Source of the DNA: an uncultured Pseudomonadota bacterium | GTDB lineage: Bacteria > Myxococcota_A > Polyangia > Fen-1088 | Reading direction: 5' to 3' | Assembly: GCA_963847705.1 (NCBI GenBank) | Contig: CAWKBC010000030.1 | Span: 448,001-512,000, forward strand | DNA length: 64,000 bases | Shown here: in pieces, positions 1 to 8,177 of the stretch | Position numbering within the stretch: the first letter of the stretch is position 1 | How the letters are laid out: each line of letters starts with the position of its first letter | Notes under the pieces: model-generated | What the model was told of the DNA's origin: nothing | The model's input: the letters and a program-made list of their open reading frames with translations, nothing else | Databases searched by the model: none | Made by a program: the position numbers and the translations under genes

Positions 1-588
1 GATTTTCCGAAGCCGCCGGCGAGCGTGACCGCGACGATCGACACCAGCTTCCCCAAGGGCGCGGCGCTGGGACAGTGGATGACCAGCACCGGCGCGACGA
101 CCACGCCCGGATCGATCGCCCTTTACGGCAGCCAGCACTCCGTGCAGTCGACCATGGCTCCGACCTCGCAGCAGTGGCTCTACATCCCCGCCAACACGGT
201 CTCCGGCGTGGCCGCCCCGTCGGTTCAGTATCTGACGATCAACACGCCGGTCGAGGCGACGCCCGACAATCAATGCGGGCGCGTCGTGCTCACCGACATC
301 CACGTGAAGAACGCGCCGCCGCCCGGGGGCGGCAGCAGCGACGACTCCGATCCCAAGTATCAGTTCCCCGGCGGCTGCAAGGCGACCGGCCTCTCCGGGC
401 AGGCCAAGGCGATGGAGTTTCTGTTCTTCGATCTCTCCGCCTGCATCCAGCCGGATTCGAGCACGCCGGAGCCGCCGGTGGTGCCGCCCCCCGGCGCGCC
501 GAGCTCGCCGCCCACGGCCACCACGCAGCCCCCGCCGGTGCCGCCGCCGCCGCCACCGCCGCCGCCGATCGTCATCGACAAGCCCTGA
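1..588 (+). CDS. Secreted-type hypothetical protein, C-terminal part (5'-truncated by the window), with Pro-rich tail
   Basis: Frame is open from position 1. Contains a CGRVV motif and an FLFFDLSAC end of the kind seen in myxobacterial surface proteins. Poly-Pro tail. Confidence 0.75.
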   Translation, partial: DFPKPPASVTATIDTSFPKGAALGQWMTSTGATTTPGSIALYGSQHSVQSTMAPTSQQWLYIPANTVSGVAAPSVQYLTINTPVEATPDNQCGRVVLTDIHVKNAPPPGGGSSDDSDPKYQFPGGCKATGLSGQAKAMEFLFFDLSACIQPDSSTPEPPVVPPPGAPSSPPTATTQPPPVPPPPPPPPPIVIDKP

Positions 589-605
589 TGATGTTATAGG
601 GGGGC

Positions 606-3197
606 ATGCGCGAGGCGCGTCCCCCGCTCGTTCGGTGCTGGTCGGCTCACCTCATCGTTGTGACTGTTTGCTGCGCGGCCGCTGTTTGCGGCGCAACGGG
701 GCGCGTTCGGGCTGCCGATTTGCTGGCGCCCGCGCGGCCGGCCGCGACAGCGCCAGCGACAGCCAACGCTCCCGCGACGGTGGCCGCGTCCGCGACTGCT
801 CCCGCAACGGTGGTCGCGCCCGCGACTGCTCCCGCAACGGTGGCCGCGAACGCGAAGGCGAAGGCGTTGCAACGTTACAGCCTCACCGTGCGCGGCGGCG
901 TCAGTCTGGGCGCCTACGAGGGCGGCATCAACTGGGCGTTGCTGCGGGTGCTCGAGGGTGACCCGGGCGCGTCGCTGACGACCGTCACCGGCGCCTCGGC
1001 CGGCAACATCAACGCCTTCCTGAGCGCTGTCGAGTGGTGCCAGAACCCGGCGCGCTCGGCCGCGGAGTCGCCGCGCGACAACCTGTTCTGGAAGGCGTGG
1101 ATCCCGGTCGGGATCCATGGCCTGTTTCCGCGCGGCCAGGCCCAGGGGTATGCGCCCGGTGATGGTCTGTTCGCGCGCGGGGCCTTCGCCCCCGCCGAGG
1201 CGACGCTCCGGATGGCGCTCGACGACGGGACGCGTTTTCCGGGAGGCTGTCCGCTGACGGTGGGGGTGACGGTGACGCGCATTCGTCCCGCGGACATCGT
1301 CATCAAATCGGCCGACGCGCAATCCGGCAGCGACGGGATTCACATCCCCACGCAGCGGTTCGTCTCGACGTTCGGCCTGGAGACGGGGCCGGCCGGTCTG
1401 CGCTTCCGGCAACTGGCCGAGCATGATCACCAGATCGGCGAATACCTGACGCTGCCGACCAAGGATGGCGCCGGCCTGGTGAGCGACGATCAGGTCCTCG
1501 ACATCATCCACGCCTCCAGCGCTTTTCCCGTGGCGTTCGGACCGCAGGTGATCCGCCACTGCCCCGAAGATGGTGAGGGCGGCGGCCGCGGCCGGGGTCG
1601 CGCCGGCTGCGCCGCGGTGGCCGATCAGTTCATCGACGGCGGCGTGTTCGACAACGTTCCGCTCGGGCTGGCGGTCAGCCTGACCGGACAGATCCTGGCG
1701 CCGGACGACGCGGAGCAGGTGCACTACGTCTACGTCGATCCCGACCACGCGCGGTCCTACAGCCAGGCGCCGCCGCCGCCCGAGCGCCCGGAGACCAAGC
1801 GGGTGGGCCTCTCGACCACCTTCGATTTCATCTCCACCTTCGTCGCCGTCTCGGAGCAGTACGAGCTGCAGACGGTCGCGCGCTACCTCTACAAACCGAC
1901 CGACGGGCGCCTGCCGAACGGCGAAAAGCTGCCGCCCCCGACGCCGCTCCCCCGGCTCAGCTCCCGGTTTCATCCGCTGATGGGCTCGTATCTGGCCCAC
2001 TTCGGGGCCTTCTTCGCGGAGCCGTTCCGCGAGCACGACTTCTACGTCGGCGTCTACGACGGCCTGGTCAACGCCGCGCGCGAGCAATGGAAGATCGACG
2101 CCGCCGATCGGCAGTTGAGCGAGGATGAGGCGAGCCACCTGGTCGGCAGCGTGCGCGCCTTTCATGACCGGCTGGGGCTGTCGGCGCCGCGCGCGGCCGC
2201 CGCGTCGTACATGGTCCGCCGCCTGCTCGACGCCGAGCTGGCGCAGGCGGTCGCGCCGGAGGTGGGCGCGCGCCTGCGGCGGCAGGCCGACGCCGCAGGT
2301 GGCACGCTGGACACCTGGTTGAAGGCGCGCGATCAGCTGGCCGAGGAGGACTCGCCGCCGCGCATTCCGTTGCTGCGCGTGCTGGTCGACGTCCTCTCCT
2401 GCGAGAGCCAGGCCGGGACGAAGCCGCCCGGGTGCGGGCCGCACGACAAGCCGGTCGACGAGCAGAGCCTGACCGACGTCGTCGATCATCTGCGCGTGAC
2501 CCTCGGCGCCGACGAGGTGAAGTCCGACCTCTACTTCACCGACACCGACGAGCGCGGGTTCCTGCGGCGGCCGGACAAGTGGCTGCAGAACGCCGAGATC
2601 GACGCCGCCGAGCGGCTCGATCAGATCGAGCACATCGACGGCTACCCGCTCGGCGAGCACCTGACCGCGGGCGCACAGATGGTGCTCGAGACCGAGCCGT
2701 TGCGGCCGCTGACCCCTCTCGATCTCGACCCCTCCAGCATCCCCGATCGCCGCCTCACGCCGGTCCGACTGCTCTTTCACCTGCTCCCCTACGAGGTCTC
2801 GGGCGACTTCGTCCACTCCGGCTGGCGCGTCAGCTATCGGCCGACGTTCGGGCTGGCCGGGGGACCGCTCGCGCTCATCACGCCGATCTCCCCCTGGATC
2901 TGGCAGCGCAGCACGCACCAGACGTTCCAATCGGTCGGCCTCGGCCTCTTCGCGGCGATCGACAGCTTCTTGCTGACGGGCGTGGAGGCCTTCCCCAAGG
3001 TGCAGTGCGCCTGGTTCGCCCAGGACTGCAGCTTCGGTGGCGAGGTGGGCGCCTACTTCATCGCCGGGAAGCTCCGCCTCGGCGCCGGGGTCGACAGGTT
3101 TGCGGGCGCCGGTCAGCTCGACAGCTGGATCGCGCAGGTCGGCCTCGCCGACATCAACGGCCTCATCTACTGGGGCGTGCGGCACGCCGTGCAGTGA
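606..3197 (+). CDS. Secreted patatin-like phospholipase with a beta-strand-rich C-terminal domain
   Basis: Signal peptide. Patatin motifs GGVSLG, GASAG (nucleophile Ser) and DGG. Amphipathic strands in the last ~150 aa. Confidence 0.85.
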   Translation: MREARPPLVRCWSAHLIVVTVCCAAAVCGATGRVRAADLLAPARPAATAPATANAPATVAASATAPATVVAPATAPATVAANAKAKALQRYSLTVRGGVSLGAYEGGINWALLRVLEGDPGASLTTVTGASAGNINAFLSAVEWCQNPARSAAESPRDNLFWKAWIPVGIHGLFPRGQAQGYAPGDGLFARGAFAPAEATLRMALDDGTRFPGGCPLTVGVTVTRIRPADIVIKSADAQSGSDGIHIPTQRFVSTFGLETGPAGLRFRQLAEHDHQIGEYLTLPTKDGAGLVSDDQVLDIIHASSAFPVAFGPQVIRHCPEDGEGGGRGRGRAGCAAVADQFIDGGVFDNVPLGLAVSLTGQILAPDDAEQVHYVYVDPDHARSYSQAPPPPERPETKRVGLSTTFDFISTFVAVSEQYELQTVARYLYKPTDGRLPNGEKLPPPTPLPRLSSRFHPLMGSYLAHFGAFFAEPFREHDFYVGVYDGLVNAAREQWKIDAADRQLSEDEASHLVGSVRAFHDRLGLSAPRAAAASYMVRRLLDAELAQAVAPEVGARLRRQADAAGGTLDTWLKARDQLAEEDSPPRIPLLRVLVDVLSCESQAGTKPPGCGPHDKPVDEQSLTDVVDHLRVTLGADEVKSDLYFTDTDERGFLRRPDKWLQNAEIDAAERLDQIEHIDGYPLGEHLTAGAQMVLETEPLRPLTPLDLDPSSIPDRRLTPVRLLFHLLPYEVSGDFVHSGWRVSYRPTFGLAGGPLALITPISPWIWQRSTHQTFQSVGLGLFAAIDSFLLTGVEAFPKVQCAWFAQDCSFGGEVGAYFIAGKLRLGAGVDRFAGAGQLDSWIAQVGLADINGLIYWGVRHAVQ
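768..848 (+). repeat. 30-bp tandem repeat (about 2.7 copies) encoding an APATVAAxAT linker
   Basis: Units of gctcccgc(g/a)acggtgg(c/t)cgcg(t/c)ccgcgact start at 768, 798 and 828. Confidence 0.9.
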
Positions 3198-3216
3198 GCG
3201 CGCGCGGCGGCCGCCG

Positions 3217-3669
3217 TCAGTCGCGCGGGTGGATCTTCACGTCGTAGGGGTGCGGGCGCCCCTCTTCGCGCTCGATCCAGTTCTTGAGGCTCATCAGAAA
3301 GACCGCCCACTTGGTGCTGCAGTGGTGCATGAACTCGACGGGGTCCTTCCACCCCGCGTGCGTGAACAGCACGTAGGTCTCGGGCCCTTTTTCCAGCAGG
3401 CGAAACGTCAGCTGCGTTCCGATCCACTCGGGCGGGCCCCCCTCGCACTGCCAGCGCACCACCTCGCCCGGCTTCGACTCGATGACCCGCATGTCGAAGC
3501 CATCTTCGTTGCGGCCCCTCTCGGGTCGAACCTTCACCACTCCCCCCACGCTCGTCTCACCGCTGGTCCCTGTGATCCACCAGTGCGACAACCCCGTGGT
3601 CGTGGCGATGGCGTCGTAGACCTTGGCGGGCGAGCCTTGCATCCCCACCCTGTGCAGAATATCGGGCAT
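3217..3669 (-). CDS. SRPBCC/AHSA1-like domain protein
   Basis: MPDILHRV...VYDAIAT..GL..WW, EWIGT, F.HAGW...F.HHCSTKWAVFL. AGGAG RBS upstream. Confidence 0.9.
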   Translation of the reverse strand: MPDILHRVGMQGSPAKVYDAIATTTGLSHWWITGTSGETSVGGVVKVRPERGRNEDGFDMRVIESKPGEVVRWQCEGGPPEWIGTQLTFRLLEKGPETYVLFTHAGWKDPVEFMHHCSTKWAVFLMSLKNWIEREEGRPHPYDVKIHPRD

Positions 3670-3833
3670 CCAATCTCCTCAGCTCACTATAACGTCGGCG
3701 GTCGCGGTCAATTCCTGTTGCGGCGCCGTGTCACAGAGCTGGCGCGGGCCGTTGTGTCATGGTCGCCAACCTGGGAAGGCGGACGCCGGCCGGCAATCGT
3801 CTGGCGGCTGATTCGCGCTTATTCTCGACAGCC

Positions 3834-4871
3834 ATGGCGCTGCAGATCGAAGAGCTGAACGACACCAACTGCAAGACCTACTTGTTGACCGCAGGCGACG
3901 AGGCGGCGCTGGTCGACCCGGTGCGCGAGCGGCTCGACACCTATCGCTCGCTGCTCGGGCGGCGCGGACTCAAGCTGCGGATGGTGCTGGAGACCCACAT
4001 GCACGCCGATCACCTCATGTTCAATCGCGCGGCCAAGGATCTGCTCGGCGCGACGATGGTCATGCACCGCGAGAGCCCGAGCCCCCTCGTCGATCGCCAC
4101 GTCGACGACGGCGACGTGCTGGCGCTGGGGGGCGAGCGGATCGAGGTGCTGCACACGCCGGGGCACACGCCGGACTCGGTCTGCTATCGGGTGGCGGGGG
4201 CGGTGCTGACCGGTGACACCTTGCTGGTCGGCGGGTCGGGGCGCACCGACTTCCCGGGCGCGGATGCCGGGCAGCAGTACGACGCCGTTCATGGCCGCCT
4301 GTTCACGCTCCCCGACGACACGGTCGTCTGGCCGGCGCACGACTACCACGGCAAGACGTCGACCACGATCGGCGAGGAGAAGCGCACGAACCCGCGCTAC
4401 GTGGGGAAGAGCCGCGCCGCGTACGTGACGCTGATGGGGAGCCTCGGGCTGCCGTTTCCGCAGAAGATTCAGGAATCGTTGCAGGTCAACCAGTCGGGCT
4501 TCGAGAGCGAGGAGGTTCGCTTCCCGATGGTCGCCGACATCGCCGCCATGCCGGTCGTCTCGCCGGAGGAGGTCGTGGCGGAACGGCAAGGGGCGTCGCC
4601 GCCGCTGCTGCTCGACGTGCGCGAGCCGGAGGAGTTCGTTGGCGAGCTGGGCCACGTCAAAGGCGCGTTGCATGTCCCGCTGGACGTCTTGCAGAGGCGT
4701 CTCCCCAAGCTGGCGGGCTATCTCGGACGCGAGGTGGTGGTCATCTGTCGCGCGGGCGCCCGTTCGGCGACCGCGGCGGCCATCCTCCGCCAGGCCGGTT
4801 TCGGTCACGTCCGCAACCTGGCGGGCGGCATGCTGGAGTGGAACGCCCGCCGCCTGCCGGTCGAGCACTGA
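3834..4871 (+). CDS. Persulfide dioxygenase (ETHE1-like MBL fold)-rhodanese fusion
   Basis: MBL motifs THMHADH, HTPGHT, GRTDF and PAHDY. C-terminal rhodanese DVREPEE...CRAGARS...LAGGM..W. Start taken at ATG 3834. Confidence 0.9.
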   Translation: MALQIEELNDTNCKTYLLTAGDEAALVDPVRERLDTYRSLLGRRGLKLRMVLETHMHADHLMFNRAAKDLLGATMVMHRESPSPLVDRHVDDGDVLALGGERIEVLHTPGHTPDSVCYRVAGAVLTGDTLLVGGSGRTDFPGADAGQQYDAVHGRLFTLPDDTVVWPAHDYHGKTSTTIGEEKRTNPRYVGKSRAAYVTLMGSLGLPFPQKIQESLQVNQSGFESEEVRFPMVADIAAMPVVSPEEVVAERQGASPPLLLDVREPEEFVGELGHVKGALHVPLDVLQRRLPKLAGYLGREVVVICRAGARSATAAAILRQAGFGHVRNLAGGMLEWNARRLPVEH

Positions 4872-4920
4872 GCGTGCCCGGTGGCGGCGCCAGGGCCAGA
4901 CCGCAGCCTCACGCAGATGA

Positions 4921-4966
4921 TTGTATAATACAAATAGATTGACGCTCCGCCCAGGCTGCCTAAGAT
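4921..4966 (+). promoter_or_regulatory. Palindromic operator (TTGTAT-A-ATACAA) and sigma70-like promoter of the marR-aqp-arsC operon
   Basis: Inverted repeat at 4921-4933. TTGACG (4939-44), 16-bp spacer, TAAGAT (4961-66), 7 nt before ATG 4974. AT-rich island in GC-rich DNA. Confidence 0.65.
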
Positions 4967-4970
4967 CCCG

Positions 4971-5453
4971 GTGATGGTCGAGGAGATCCGTTTCGGGGAG
5001 CTGCTTGCGCAGGTGGCACGAGAGGTCACGCGACGGCGCGGGGCAGACGTCTGTTGCGGCGACCTGACGCCGGAACAATTTCAGACGCTGCAGGCGGTGA
5101 GCTCGGCGGACCAGCCCTCGATCGGGGCGCTGTCGGCGTCGCTGGGCGTGGACCTGTCGACCATGAGCCGGAACGTGGCGTTGCTCGTACGAAACGGCCA
5201 TCTCCGGCGCGCGCGGAGCGCCGATGACGCCCGCGTCGTGCAGGTCCGGCTCACGCCCAAGGGAAAGCGGGCGCTCGAAACGCTTCGCTGCGACGAGCGC
5301 GACGTGTTCAAGGACGCGTATGAGCGATTGCCCGCGGCTGAGCGCACCACGGTCGTCCGGGCGCTGGAGACGCTGAGCGACTGCCTCGAGACCAGCGCCG
5401 GGCGCGCGGCGGCCTGCTGTCCGCCGGCGGCCATCCCGAGGCGCGTCGCTTGA
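4971..5453 (+). CDS. MarR-family regulator with two vicinal Cys pairs (likely arsenite-responsive)
   Basis: w[15 protein letters not shown] and D.R...V.LT.KG. VCCG near the N-terminus, ACCPP at the C-terminus. First gene of an ars-type operon. Confidence 0.88.
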   Translation: MMVEEIRFGELLAQVAREVTRRRGADVCCGDLTPEQFQTLQAVSSADQPSIGALSASLGVDLSTMSRNVALLVRNGHLRRARSADDARVVQVRLTPKGKRALETLRCDERDVFKDAYERLPAAERTTVVRALETLSDCLETSAGRAAACCPPAAIPRRVA

Positions 5454-6181
5454 GCGCGGCGGCGCTGAGCGCGTCCCCGTCGCTGTCGAGACGAGTCGTC
5501 GCCGAGGGGCTGGGAACGGCCTTTCTCCTGGCGACCGTTGTCGGCTCGGGAATCATGGCCGAGCGGCTGGCCGGCGGAAACGTCGCGCTCGCGCTGCTCG
5601 CCAACACGAGCGCCACCGGCGCGGGACTGCTGGCGCTCATCCTGACGTTCGGCGGGATCTCGGGCGCGCACTTCAATCCCGCCGTCACCTTGGCCGAGGC
5701 CAGCCAGGGCGCGCTCCCCTGGCGCGACGCCGTGGCCTACGTGGCCAGCCAGCTCGCCGGCGCGTTCGCCGGCGTGGCGCTGGCCCACCTGATGTTCGAC
5801 CTGCCGCTCTTCAGCGCCTCCCAGCACGCGCGCGCGGGCCTCGGGCCGCTGGTGGGCGAGCTGACGGCCACCTTCGGGCTCATCGTCGTCATCCGGATCG
5901 GCGCCCGCACACAGCCGGCGATGACGCCCTTCGCGGTGGCGGCCTTCATCACCGCGGCCTACTGGTTCACCTCGTCGACGTCGTTCGCGAACCCGGCGGT
6001 GACCCTGGCGCGGTCGGTCTCGGACACCTTCGCCGGCATCCGTCCCACGGACGCGCCGGGGTTCATCGCCGCGCAGACGGTCGGCGCGGTCTCGGCCACG
6101 CTGCTCTGCCGGTGGCTGCTGGCGAGGCCGCCCGCGCTGGCCCGGGAGGTGCTGGCCAAAGACCAGGAGAACGCCGCATGA
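5450..6181 (+). CDS. aqpS: MIP/aquaporin family channel (AqpS-like arsenite channel)
   Basis: [10 protein letters not shown] and FANPAVT NPA boxes. [14 protein letters not shown] signature. Overlaps the marR stop and the arsC start. Confidence 0.88.
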   Translation: MSAAALSASPSLSRRVVAEGLGTAFLLATVVGSGIMAERLAGGNVALALLANTSATGAGLLALILTFGGISGAHFNPAVTLAEASQGALPWRDAVAYVASQLAGAFAGVALAHLMFDLPLFSASQHARAGLGPLVGELTATFGLIVVIRIGARTQPAMTPFAVAAFITAAYWFTSSTSFANPAVTLARSVSDTFAGIRPTDAPGFIAAQTVGAVSATLLCRWLLARPPALAREVLAKDQENAA

Positions 6182-6627
6182 GCCGTCCGAAGACGCGCGT
6201 CCTGTTCCTCTGCATCCACAACTCGGCCCGCAGCCAGATGGCCGCGGCGTTCTTGCAGCAGCTCGGCGGCGATCGCTTCGAGGTTGAGAGCGCCGGGCTC
6301 GAGCCTGGGCGCCTCAATCCGCTGGCGGTCGCGGCGATGAAAGACGCCGGGATCGACATCAGCGCGAACGGAACGCAGTCGGTCTTCGACCTCTACCGGA
6401 GCGGCCGCCGCTTCGCCTACGTGATCAGCGTGTGCGACGCCGCCTCGGCGGAGCGGTGCCCGATCTTTCTCGGCGTGGCCAGGCGGCTCAACTGGAGCTT
6501 CGCCGATCCGTCAGCGTTCACCGGCACCGAGCCGGAGCGGTTGCTCCGGACGATCGCCGTGCGCGACGAGATCCGCGACAAGGTGCGCGCCTGGATCGAA
6601 GAAGAGGGGGCCAGCGCTTCCGGATAG
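6178..6627 (+). CDS. arsC: Arsenate reductase, LMW-PTP/thioredoxin type
   Basis: P-loop [11 protein letters not shown], resolving Cys pair in [11 protein letters not shown], and W.F.DP. ATGA overlap with the aquaporin gene. Confidence 0.92.
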   Translation: MSRPKTRVLFLCIHNSARSQMAAAFLQQLGGDRFEVESAGLEPGRLNPLAVAAMKDAGIDISANGTQSVFDLYRSGRRFAYVISVCDAASAERCPIFLGVARRLNWSFADPSAFTGTEPERLLRTIAVRDEIRDKVRAWIEEEGASASG

Positions 6628-6702
6628 AGGATGCGCCCGCGGGTGCCGATCTTTTGCAGAATCGACACATGAACGATCGGGGGATCGACGGAGACTCCGC
6701 CG

Positions 6703-7197
6703 GTGCAGCGGAGGACGATTCTGGCGCTCGTCGCGGTGCTGGTGCTGGCGGGCGGATGCGGCCAAGGGTCGTCCGCCAACGTCTCCCTGACCTTGATTGA
6801 GACCGAGGCTGGGGCAGGGGTCGACGCCTCGGACGGGTCCAGCGCCCCCAACAGCATGGCGCGCTGTTGCGCCCTGGCGGTGGCGCTGCCGGACGCGGGG
6901 GGAATGCGCGACGGGGGCGATGCGGCGATCTCGGAGCCCACCGACAATTGCTCGGTCCTCGCGCGGCGCACGCTCGGCGCGGTTGAGCCCTGCTTGCTCG
7001 GCGATGGAGGGGCGGGCTTCGGCGCCTGGACCTGCGGAACAGCGTCGCCCCAGTCGTGGTGCGCGAACAACGGCCTCTCCTGCAACCTCGGTGATCCCTG
7101 CACGCTGCTCGACGTCGGTTGTCCCGGCGTCGTCCAGGCCTGCACCTTCACGCCGTACACGCCCCCGCCCACGTCGAGCGACTCCGGCGCCGGCTGA
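6703..7197 (+). CDS. Cys-rich lipoprotein, hypothetical
   Basis: Lipobox LAGGC, many Cys, DAG/DGG myxobacterial-type repeats, GGAG RBS. Confidence 0.7.
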   Translation: MQRRTILALVAVLVLAGGCGQGSSANVSLTLIETEAGAGVDASDGSSAPNSMARCCALAVALPDAGGMRDGGDAAISEPTDNCSVLARRTLGAVEPCLLGDGGAGFGAWTCGTASPQSWCANNGLSCNLGDPCTLLDVGCPGVVQACTFTPYTPPPTSSDSGAG

Positions 7198-7213
7198 TTC
7201 GCCAGCCTCTCGG

Positions 7214-7804
7214 TCAACCCTTCGTTCGGAGGGCCGCCGGCCAGGCGGGGAGTCGCTGCGCTTCGGCGAGCGGCAGCGGCGGCGCCGGCGTGGCGGGCCT
7301 CTCCTGCAGCGGGAGGTGCCACCACCCGACGTCACGCCAGGCGCCGAGCTTCCAGCCGACCGCCGGGTAGACGCCGACCGGGCGAAACCCCAACGATTCG
7401 TGGAGCCCCACGCTGGCCGCGTTGGGGAGCGTGACCCCGGCGTGCGCCACGTAGAACCCCTGCAGGCCGAGCAGCGGGAAGAGCGCCCCATAAAGCGCGC
7501 GCCCGACGCCGCGCCGGTGGTGCCCCGCGCGGATGTAGACGGTCACGTCGACGGACCACTGGTACGCCGCGCGCTCGGCATGTCGCGCGGCATAGGCGTA
7601 CCCGACCGGGGCGCCCGCGTCGTCGAGCGCCACCAGCCAGGGCGCCAGCACAAGCACGGTTTCGATGCGCCTGGCCATCTCAGCGGCGCCGGGCGGCGTG
7701 ACCTCGAAGGAGGTCACCTCCTCGGTCACGTACGGGCGGTAGATGTCCGCGACCGCAGCGGCATCGCCCACGCCCGCCATCCGGATTGCCACCCCGGCCG
7801 CCAT
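7214..7804 (-). CDS. GNAT N-acetyltransferase, phosphinothricin/arsinothricin (PAT/ArsN1-like) family
   Basis: IY.PYV....TSFE..PP...EM..RI, GYAYA, R.AY.WSV, PN.AS..LHE.LGF and G.K.G.W.DVGWW. Confidence 0.88.
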   Translation of the reverse strand: MAAGVAIRMAGVGDAAAVADIYRPYVTEEVTSFEVTPPGAAEMARRIETVLVLAPWLVALDDAGAPVGYAYAARHAERAAYQWSVDVTVYIRAGHHRRGVGRALYGALFPLLGLQGFYVAHAGVTLPNAASVGLHESLGFRPVGVYPAVGWKLGAWRDVGWWHLPLQERPATPAPPLPLAEAQRLPAWPAALRTKG

Positions 7805-8177
7805 TTGCTTGCCGCCCAGTATGGCGCGATTTGGCGAGCCACCCAACCTCGAACCGGCGCATCATTTCGCCTGGGCGCGCGCATGCTTTCGGGCGGCTCG
7901 AACGTCGTCTGGGTGGAGGGAACGAACGATGACCAAGCAACCAAGCTCGGCGATTGTCGACGGCGGCGCAGGCGCACGCCTTCGGGCGACGGTCGACGAC
8001 GCCGGCGGCTGCGCGCCCCTCACCCGAAAGCCGCGCTTTTCTCGAATGCCCGGGCTCGTCGGTGAGCGTGCTACTGTCCGCCGGTGACCTTGGCCACGCT
8101 GAGACGCCGTTCGAATCGGGTCCGCGGATTCGTCGGTGCAGTGCGCGTGTTTCCGGTCTAGATCGCGACTGACCAGG

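Noticed and set aside
594-3185. Long antisense ORFs (also 7680-10400, 19746-23543, 17987-19441, the 5' part of 60095-62485, and others)
   Set aside because: Shadow ORFs of real genes. High GC3 removes stop codons from the antisense frame, and the translations have no motifs.
3740-3756. Sigma54-like TGGCGC...TTGT upstream of the PDO gene
   Set aside because: Spacing is off by one and the -12 GC is missing.
8105-8125. GTTCGAATC (T-loop-like) here and at 33951
   Set aside because: No cloverleaf or acceptor stem. The second site lies inside a CDS.
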